A DNA stretch of 64,000 nucleotides from Phoronis australis (taxonomy: Eukaryota; Animalia; Phoronida): the NCBI GenBank assembly GCA_002633005.1, contig NMRA01000715.1, forward strand, positions 120,776-184,775, written 5' to 3'. Under the pieces are notes generated by a model that did not search any database, was not told where the DNA came from, and saw only the letters and a list, made by a program, of their open reading frames with translations. Shown piece by piece: positions 14,292-23,500 of the stretch (position 1 is the first letter of the stretch; each line of letters begins with the position of its first letter). The position numbers and the translations under genes are program-made.

Positions 14292-16052
14292 TTATGCATC
14301 TTCAGCACCTTGCTGTTCATCGTAATATGCTTTTTCGTAATTCCTATAGCTATGATACAACCTGAAGCATGGCACAACACACAGTGTCTTTTTACAGACA
14401 TTGCACTGGTAAGACGATTCTCTACCGGGCCTTTTTCGCTTCTCCCCTACTCTTGATAAACGCTTCCGTTCAGCAGGTTGACACACAGCACAGGCTCGAG
14501 AAATGTTTTTCTTAGTACCTGTGCCTACGATACGCTCTGGGAAGTGTTTACCATGAAGACGGAGAAGAGGCTCACCCGAGGATCGCCTACCGACAAAAGA
14601 AGAAGGATGTATTACATCGTCATCAACAGATGCAATTATGCCACTAATTAGTTTTTGCCTGAACTGACGATGCAGCAGTGGAACACGATCAGAGGTTACG
14701 GATTTGTACACCAGATACGCATTCAGTACAGATAATGATAAAACATGAAATATGACCCTCTTCCACCATTTAAGGGTTCGAGCATTAAAGGTAGAATAGC
14801 TGACCATTTGGTCAGAGCGATCTACTCCACCCATGAATTTATCATATGTTATCACTACTGCTGGCTTCTCTATAGGGGTTTGGTCACGTGGATTTGTTTT
14901 GCCAGTTGTTATTTTGCTACCTTTATCAACAGTTGTTAATAAATAGACTACTTTTCTGTCATGGAATTTTACGAGTAATAAGTTATTGTTATGTACACAA
15001 AATATATCTCCCTTATTGAGTTTCTTTTCTTTCACGAATTGGGGCACACCGCGTCGATTTTGACAAAGAGTTCCTGTAGCACCGCATCCTAACTTCCACA
15101 GATCTTCATAAAGTTTGATGGAACTATAATAATTATCCATGAATAAAATATAGCCTTGCCCAAAGTATCCTCGCATCAAATCCATTACTAGATCATATGT
15201 TGCTCCGTCTTCAGAAGGGGGTGTTTCGCTTTTGCCAGAATACAGTTTGAATTTTGAACAATATCCAGTTACAGCATCACAAATCTTGTAGGCTTTTATT
15301 CCATATTTTTTTGGTTTGTCAGGGTTATACACTCTAAAAGATAAATTTCCTTTCCAAGGCACCACTCCTTCGTCTAATGAGAGCTGCTGATGTGGTGTAT
15401 ATACAGAATGAAAGCGGGAAATAATGTTCTGGTATAATGATCCAAGTTTGTGCAATGGGTTGAATCCAGGTAGGCCACGGCGAATTTGGTTGGCATCATC
15501 TGCGAGGTGGAAAAATGACATAAGCAGCCAAAATCTGTCCCGAGACATACATTTTCGAAAAAAAGGAGTTTCGCAAACCTCATCAGTTGTCCAGTATGAA
15601 GACAAATCCAGTTGGACAACTAGTCCCATCGCGATTGTCATTGCGAGAAACACCTTCATTTCCTGCCAGGTCGTATCTCGCCACTTTTTAAGCCGGGAAT
15701 TCCCCTTCAACTGATCTTGATTTTTAGCGAGTTCGTCAGCGGCGTACCTGTTAGTTTCTGCAGCCATCTCTCTAAAATCATCGTCAGTGACGAATAAGTT
15801 AAAAAAATCGAGCGGCTGGGGATCTTCAGGCAGCTGAATTCCCGTAGCTAAACCAGGAGTCGCGGAAAACCCCAGATAGGTGGGGTCGCGATCGCCTTCA
15901 ATCCAATCTGCCTTGGGGCCACCAGGCAAGTCCAGTTCGTCATCGGACGAATCTTCATTATTTTCACTTTCAAACCCTTCAAATTCCTCTCCACTTTCAG
16001 CATCATTAAAGATTTCGGTGAAGTTTCCAAATTCAGGTAAGTCAGACGCCAT
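14292..16052 (-). CDS. piggyBac transposase / PGBD4-like protein, 586 aa, uninterrupted
   Basis: Acidic N-terminus. Catalytic DDD motifs SLDEGVVPWKG, FMDNYYSS and MGGVDRSDQ, plus KPKKYGIK, MSRDRF and KWWKRVIFH. C-terminal Cys-rich domain RACAVC...SSYQCNVCKKTLCVVPCFRLYH. First ATG at 16052 (MASDLPEF); the ORF track starts at an upstream TTG. Confidence 0.96.
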   Translation of the reverse strand: MASDLPEFGNFTEIFNDAESGEEFEGFESENNEDSSDDELDLPGGPKADWIEGDRDPTYLGFSATPGLATGIQLPEDPQPLDFFNLFVTDDDFREMAAETNRYAADELAKNQDQLKGNSRLKKWRDTTWQEMKVFLAMTIAMGLVVQLDLSSYWTTDEVCETPFFRKCMSRDRFWLLMSFFHLADDANQIRRGLPGFNPLHKLGSLYQNIISRFHSVYTPHQQLSLDEGVVPWKGNLSFRVYNPDKPKKYGIKAYKICDAVTGYCSKFKLYSGKSETPPSEDGATYDLVMDLMRGYFGQGYILFMDNYYSSIKLYEDLWKLGCGATGTLCQNRRGVPQFVKEKKLNKGDIFCVHNNNLLLVKFHDRKVVYLLTTVDKGSKITTGKTNPRDQTPIEKPAVVITYDKFMGGVDRSDQMVSYSTFNARTLKWWKRVIFHVLSLSVLNAYLVYKSVTSDRVPLLHRQFRQKLISGIIASVDDDVIHPSSFVGRRSSGEPLLRLHGKHFPERIVGTGTKKNISRACAVCQPAERKRLSRVGEKRKRPGRESSYQCNVCKKTLCVVPCFRLYHSYRNYEKAYYDEQQGAEDA

Positions 16053-16100
16053 TCTTAAAAGTGGAAATATTGTATCGGAGTAATTCCGTGAAAAGGTCAA

Positions 16101-16125
16101 CCTAGAGGCAAAAAATTAAAATTGT
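16101..16125 (-). promoter_or_regulatory. 3' splice acceptor upstream of the transposase ATG
   Basis: Minus strand reads ttttaattttttgcctctAG|gttgacc: pyrimidine tract plus AG, 49 nt before the ATG. Confidence 0.65.
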
Positions 16126-17674
16126 GACTAAACTTATATTTTTGGTCTCATCTGAAAGCCCAGTCTCTCTAGTTTCATGGCCCATATTCAACTGTCCAAT
16201 ATTTGAGGTCACTTGACCCAAAAAATTAGCTGACATTATTTAATGCATCACTTTAAAATTGAAAAGAAGGAATGAGTTAAAGAGCTGTGGATATAAAGAT
16301 AATCATACTAACGACTAAATAACGACCAACATTTGACAAGTTTATTAGCTCCACATATTCCTAAATCATAATCCTAAATGTAACTGTATCTTAATTAATG
16401 TCTTGTTTTCAAACTGGAAGACAACACAGTGTCTTGAATGAATGCCAATATGAAGTTGATGCTGTCAATTAAACCATGCTGAGCAAGTGGTCTGCTGGAC
16501 AATTTGTTATGACAAGATACTGAAGTCCTGTTTACGAATACTTTTAAACATCAACTTTGAGCATACGTCAGAACTATTAAAAACATAGCCCAGAAAATAA
16601 GTTTGCACAAGCTGAGGGTGAGTTTTAATTTAAAAAAAAAAAATAATTAAAATGCGTTTTTATTACAAAGATCAGTAGTAATTTTTAAACTTGATTTCAC
16701 ATTTTATACTTTGACAATCACATTTACTTATTAACTTTAAACTATATTCTACTTAATGCATAAAAACAGTTTTCCTGCTAACCAACAGTCCTTAAATACA
16801 AAATGGTTAGTCTCATTCTCTTTGAAGCTCAGTGAGGATTTTAGGAGGTTTTTTATCATTAATCAATGTATTGAGAAGTTAAAATCATGGAGTGCATTCC
16901 CACGATAGGCCTACTTGTGATGACTTTGTCAAAAGGTCAATCGGTGCATTTTGATTGAAAAACATTGAATCAGAAGCAAAAGACCAATTCGGCTTAAGTA
17001 CTGCAAAAGTTAGAATTTTTGTGAATTGATATCTTAGTTACAACAAACAATTTAATACTAAAATTCAGAGTGTACATCCTTTATGTATGTCCCTCACACT
17101 CACTCCACTTACATCGACAAAAATTTCTTAGAAAATATCATCAAAAAAATTAATGAGTTGTACTTTGCAAACATTCCACTAAATCATCATATAAAACAAA
17201 AATTGTAACTAAATGCGTCTCACAGAAACTTAATGTTGAATTTTTTTTTCAAAAATTCAAATACTCTGCGTACGTCCATCACAGCCATTTAGAGACTATT
17301 TTCTCAGTCAGGAAAAAATAGGAGAAAATTTGATACATGTTTTGAAAGCTATAGATGAGATCTAACAATTGATGTATTATTTATTATTATTTTCCTTTTT
17401 TTTGTATCTTCAACATCTCTTGACCAATCTGACTGAAATTTGTTATATGAACAGATCTTTTCAAGCACTACCAGCATTACGAACCCATTTCTTGCTATGA
17501 CTAACATTCTCACGATATTCGAGATTTACTTATCAGATGACTGCTCTTTTGTTGACTAAATTACACAGGCATCCTCAGCTTTTGATCGTCCCCAATACAC
17601 TATATAATACTACAAGGTATGACACTCTGGAGTAGAAATTCCACGGGTGCTTCACTTCAGTTGTCCAAAGCAAG

Positions 17675-18147
17675 CATAAAACTCAAAAAAATTACACAAA
17701 ACAGAGGTTCCACAAACCAAGAGGAATAGTTCTTTCTCCTAATACCATTTACGGTGTCCTGCTCCACCGAGTTCGCAAGAAATTCGCGGTCAAAGCACAA
17801 AAATCTTCCCAAAAACCACGTCCGGAGCAACTCCTTGGTCCCACGCGCAGGCTACGGAATTAATCAATGAGTTACGGATGTACGATAATTGCCAATTCAT
17901 CACGGAAAGTCATGGCATCGACAACTCGGCTATTGCCATTCATCCGTAACTCATCCGATTATTCCATACCCTACGCGTAGAACGAAGGAGTTGCTCCAGA
18001 CGAGCTCTTTGGGAAGATTTTTGTGCTTTAACCGCGAATTTCTTTTGAACTTGGTGTGAGCAGGACACTGTAAATGGTATTGGGAGAAAGAACAATTCCT
18101 CATGGTTTGTTGAACCTCTGTTTTGTGTAAATTTATTGAGATTTATG
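17675..18147. repeat. Long inverted repeat / hairpin 1 (arms 17675-17880 and 17941-18147)
   Basis: Arms of ~206 bp are reverse complements, with about 23 substitutions and 3 small indels by manual alignment. Confidence 0.97.
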
Positions 18148-18724
18148 AATGATTTTGGTATCGTTGCATTCCTCAGACATCTGGCTATCCGTACAAATGC
18201 TTTTCACGACCTTCAATTACTCTAGTCTATAACTACGCTGTTCCGAACTCGGTCCACTTTACTCTTTAGCCACGCACATCGTGAAATCGGCAGCCATTTC
18301 AGGGAACTTACTGTATCTAGCGATATCTATCGGCGATTTGCTACAACACACGCTGTTCCTTTTTCATCAGTCAACGTCATTGGTTGATTTCGTCAATTAT
18401 TAACGACAATCGTTATTAATCATCGTACGTCTGCTATCGTCATCACCTTCGTCGTCTCTCTCACGATCGTATCTGTCATCATCATGTTATCGTCGCCCAT
18501 GTTGACTGATGAAAAAGGAACAGCATGTGTTGTAGCAAATCGCCGATAGATGGTGCTAGATATAGTAAGTTCCCTGAAATGGCTGCCGATTTCACGATGC
18601 GCGTGGCTAAAGTGGACCAAGTTCAGAATGGCGTAGTTATAGACTAGAGTAATTGAGGGTCGTGAAAAGGAATTGTACGGATCGCCAGATGTCTGAGGAA
18701 TGCAGCGATACCAAAATCATTCAT
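18145..18724. repeat. Long inverted repeat / hairpin 2 (arms 18145-18375 and 18501-18724)
   Basis: Arms of ~225-230 bp are reverse complements, with about 15 substitutions and one 7-nt indel. It shares ATG (18145-18147) with hairpin 1. Confidence 0.97.
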
Positions 18725-19180
18725 TTAGACCTACATTTAGTGGATTTACTTGCAATAAGTTAGGGTTCATTATATCCGACTAGTGCCGCTCACCTTTAAA
18801 TTTTTAATTTCTTTCACCACGTGTCGTTCTTCAGAGCACTTTCATTATATATTTTTGTTGTGACAGTCAAACAAAGTCTGCCCAAGATGCTTGTCAAGTG
18901 GCATTTGCCTATTAGACGAACGGTTTGGACTCTCGATTCTCACTCTCAGGCTGGAAAGTGAGAATCCCACCCCCCGGCCCGGTTTACTCTAGCCAGTCAC
19001 TAAAAGAGTCAGTCATTCAGTGTCGGCGAATTTTTCAACAGATGTTTCGTCCTTTCATTTACAAATGTTGGCCACTATACCTTTCAACTTCATTGTTTGT
19101 TCAGGACAATCGATAAAAGTAACATTAATCCACGTTAATTACAGAACCGAACTTTAACACGAAAACTGGTGTCTGTAGAT

Positions 19181-20240
19181 ACTCACCGACTGTCACCCGT
19201 CGCAGACGTTCGAGTACAAAATTGCAGAGCAATATGTAGGTCTACAGGCAATATGTTCCGGAGTATGAATTATACGATCGATTATTAAATAAAATTAAGG
19301 GTATGATATCATTGATAAAATGTGGGATTTAAAGTAAAATAAATGCTCTTTCCACAACATATGGCATGAAAGAAATCAAGATAGACCACTGAAGTGAAGA
19401 CAAAACCCAGTTGGTTTAAATTGATCAATCGTCGAATACTAATTTATTCCTGAATAAACACAAATCAACGTGCGTGGGTGCTACTAGTCTCTAAATCTTG
19501 CAAAGGATCAGATTTTCAGGTGGCCGAACGGTTTGAACGTTAAGACTCTGGTTCGATTCTTAGCCTAAGCAAACCTGAGGTCCGTACTAAGTAACCAGGT
19601 AGTTAGCTGTATGAAGACTACACAGCTTAGCACCAAGGCAAGTTTAAAGACTTAGACTGCACCGTCTCTCGCTGGCCTCTCAGACTCAGTTCAGTAGAGG
19701 TGGTGAAACTAGGAGCTTTATACGCCATGAGCTTTTCAGCGAATTTTCCCTCACACCCAGTGGCGGATCTACGGTGGGGGTTCAGGGGGTTTATCCGTCC
19801 ACACTTCCAAAGTAGGCAAGCATTTTAGATGGATCCACCGCTGAAAGAGCAGTTCTACAGCTGATTACTTTAGGTTAACTAGCTTCTTTACTCTAAAATA
19901 TGTTTTGATTTAATTTAAGGGAAATACTGTGGTGCCGCAACCTTGATATTCAGGCGAATTGACGTGCAACGTTTTTACCTCACCTGTCATGCTGTGTCAT
20001 TCTGTTACACTCCACACGTTTGTAACTGAGTCATGTATAGTAAAGTTGTCTTGCGCAATATCATACAGTGTAAAATACATGTAATATTTTTGAAAAAAAT
20101 TCTTTTCCCGAAGAATTGCTATTGTGTCGGGCGCCGTGATCTGGTCGCGACTCCGTTTGTTCATCATATCATGAGATAACCCTTGAAACCATCTACTTTG
20201 CAGACTAATCGCATCAAGTCTACAATTTGAAAGTAATCAG
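19181..20240. promoter_or_regulatory. Probable divergent promoter region with non-coding first exons
   Basis: Minus-strand donor tcg|GTGAGT at 19187/19186. Plus-strand candidate donors at 19599 (cag|gtagtt) and 20233 (aaa|gtaatc). Locally CpG-retaining. Both flanking CDSs begin right after a splice acceptor, so upstream UTR exons are required. Confidence 0.45.
19758..19843. mobile_element. Very short CAGTGGCGGATC-type MITE remnant
   Basis: Termini cagtggcggatct / ggatccaccgctg are imperfect inverted repeats, with the same terminus as 32794-33807. No TSD seen. Confidence 0.6.
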
Positions 20241-20503
20241 TTAAGCAAATGAATATTGTAAATCTTGGTGGGATTTGGGATAAAAACTCATGCTGATGTA
20301 CTGGTGCAAGCTTTCTTTTGTGGATTAGTTTTTCATAGGGTAGAGGATGTATTAGCAGTACCCTCGCTCAGCTCAGGGGAAAGGTGTGCCTTCTGAGATC
20401 AATTTTTTAATGGTCTATACCAAAAATTCCACATTGTTATCTAACTTTTAGTTTGTTTTGCTGATTTAAAGTTCTGTTTTTGGTTCCAGTGGATCCTTTG
20501 AGA

Positions 20504-23500
20504 ATGAACATGAAGATGATCAAGTTGAACAACAATTGTATGATGCCCCTTATTGGTTGTAAGTAATCGTCTCTGTGTTCTGCTGTGAACCCTGGATTAT
20601 TGTTTCACTCTGTGCTGTGCTTAGAACAATGAGTCCTTTTAACTTTGTGCTATACTGAGAACAATTTGCTGTATTGTGAATGATGAGTCATTGTTTCATT
20701 CTGTGCTGTACTGCTGTCAGCAATGAGCCATTGTTCATTCTGTGTTGTGAACGATGAGCATTTGTTTCATTCTGAGCTGTGCCATCAGCAATTATCCATT
20801 GTTTCACTCTGTGGTAGAACTAGTAAGTGGTGACGTCTTAATCAAAAGTTGTTTTGTGTTTGAAGGTGGGTTAATTTATAGATCTTCATTGATTTTTATA
20901 TTGTCGCTTAAATTATTTTATCAAATATACATGCTCCAAACGTACGTACCAAACTTTCTTCCTGCCTCCTATGTGACATGTTGCTTTGTGATAGATTATG
21001 TACCTCTGTTCTCTATGTCATCTCACTGTGCACTTCTGTTCTCTGTGTCCCCTCACTATGCACCTCTGTTCTAAGTGTCACCTCTCTATGCACCTCTGTT
21101 CTCTGTGTCACCTCACTATGCACCTCTGTTCTAAGTGTCACCTCTCTATGTTGTTTCAAAAGTTGTTTGCCACAAGTAATGGGAGCTTTGCCAAATATTT
21201 TTTTGTGCCATTACCAAGTTAACAATAGTCTGAGTAAAACTTAATCATTTTTGTGGGAAAATTTGACAAATTGTCTACCATATTGTGTGCCAGGAGGCAT
21301 TACTAAGTACCGGTATATGTAAAGTTTGGAAACTTATCTCACAATATTTGCTGACCTAAATGTTAAGTACAGTATTAGCACAGTTTTAAAATGTCCCTTC
21401 ATGTATCCATCTGCAGGGCCCACTTGCATAAAAATTACAGGCTGCATAGCAACAGTGACGTCGCATTATCACTCATCACGTTGTTATTGTTGAACAATGT
21501 GCCTGACGTCATGCAACAGTCAAACTTATCCAGCAGATAATTTCCAGTTTTCAATGCAACCCAATCCTGATAATGACTGGTTTTTATTTTCAGTTTAAAG
21601 TACCTCACGTTTTTTAGATTAGGTATTTTTAACGGAAATGTAAATAAAGAAATAGGTAATATGTTTTCATTCCAGTGGGCACATACAAAGTAACAGGGGA
21701 GATAATGTATTCAGTGTTGGAAGCTGCCTTGAGGTCTGGTTATAGAGCAATTGGTGAGTTGACTGAAAATAACCACCTAGGCACGGTGACAGTCAGACAG
21801 ATATTTAACAAACAACGGTTGTGTCACTGGTTACAACACTGTGTCACTGGTCATAGCACTGCGTCACTGGTCACAGCGTTGCATCACTGGTCACAGCGTT
21901 GCGTCACTGGTCACTGCGCTGCGTCACTGGTCACTGCGCTGCGTCACTGGTCACTGTGCTGCGTCACTGGTCACAGTGCTGCATCACTGGTTACAGCGCT
22001 GTGTCACTGGTCACAGGGCTGCATCACTGGTCACTGCGCTGCGTCACTGGTCACAGGGCTGCATCAATGGTCACTGCGCTGCATCACTGGTCACAGCGCT
22101 GCGTCACTGGTCACAGGGCTGCATCGTTGGTCACTGAGCTGCGTCACAGGTCACAGCGCTGCGTCACTGGTCATAGCGCTGCATCACTGGTCACAGCACT
22201 GTGTCACTGGTCACAGGGCTGTGTTACTAGCTACAGTGCTGTCTCACTCCTTGCGCTCTACGTGAAAATTTGATGTCACAATTTCAGTTGCACTACTTGT
22301 AAGACATAAACTTCGTAGCTCGATCATTTTGATGGAATGTGTCTTTGTTCACCAATTTATTTGATGAGTGTTATAACAAACTTTTAAAAATGAAATCTCA
22401 GCAGCCATATTTAAATATTCACATTCAAGTTTCTACACTGACAGTGGTTGACAGGGACATCATTAATACCTTTCACAAATTGCCCGAATCTTAACTGCAG
22501 GTGTATGAACATAGAGAAATCACCGAAATACTGAAATCTCAAGTGAACGGTTTCCAGTCCCAATTTAAGGGAATTTTGATTTATAAATTGACTACATCTA
22601 TGCAATTATTTCCAGAAAAATTTCAAAACTATTCTAATTTGTTTTCAGATACAGCTTGGGGTTACAGGAATGAATCTTTCATAAGTCAGGAACTGGCTAA
22701 ACTTTTGCCGTCAATGAATTTGAAAATGTCGGACATTTTCCTGACTAGCAAGCTTCGTGAGTATGACAGTTTGACGATTTGCCCAAATAAAGTAATTGTG
22801 CATGCTATGTCAAGAGTCTGAACGAACCATGTATGTTGGTCAATGCAAACTGCTTTCCAACACTGCCAACTCTGGCCCTTAGCCACCATGATGGTCGTAA
22901 CCAACTCACAATTCACAGCATGTAGTGTTTACATGTTGTGAATCATGGTGAATAAACAGATATTAATATCAAAATATTAATTAATATTCAATAAGCACAC
23001 CAGTCCTGTACAAACATAATTTAGACACAGTTCTTAATTTTCTGATTTACACGATTTTCAATGTAAGACTTAAGGCATATACCATGATTATTCTAACAGC
23101 TCGAGATTTTTCGTAACGAGTTCACTCTTTGTTGAATTGTTTTTCAGTTATAGGAAATATTTTAAAAAATGATTTAATATTGTGCAACAATATGTTTTGG
23201 GTAATTTAGAATATACAGCTGCAAAAGTGTGATTCACTAATAAACAACAAGGACGAAATTGTGACAATCTCACCATCTGCCAGGACTGGTTTCAGTGCCA
23301 ATAGCTGGCTTATTAGCTCTGTTCCTCTGTAGTCATTTATGTGTTCATCAGATGTTGTGCAGTCTGGTGCATAGAACTGTTTAAAAAACTCAACACTCGT
23401 TATGGTTTGTCCATGTGCAGTGCACTGGGTGGGTGCATGTCAAGGTGCACTGGGTAGGCGCATATCAAGGTGTACTGGGTGGGTGCATATCAAGGTGCAC

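Noticed and set aside
13828-16281. TTAACTC at ~13828 and GAGTTAA at ~16275 as piggyBac termini
   Set aside because: Only 3 bp beyond TTAA match, which is insufficient for a TIR.
17675-18724. Oblin-, delta-antigen- or endless-ORF coding in the rod element (1047 is divisible by 3)
   Set aside because: Frames are open for only ~60-85 codons, with stops conserved in both arms of B and no recognisable motif. Divisibility by 3 has a one-in-three chance.
19516-19566. tRNA gene
   Set aside because: A-box/B-box-like words are present but the segment is too short for a cloverleaf. At most a SINE fragment.
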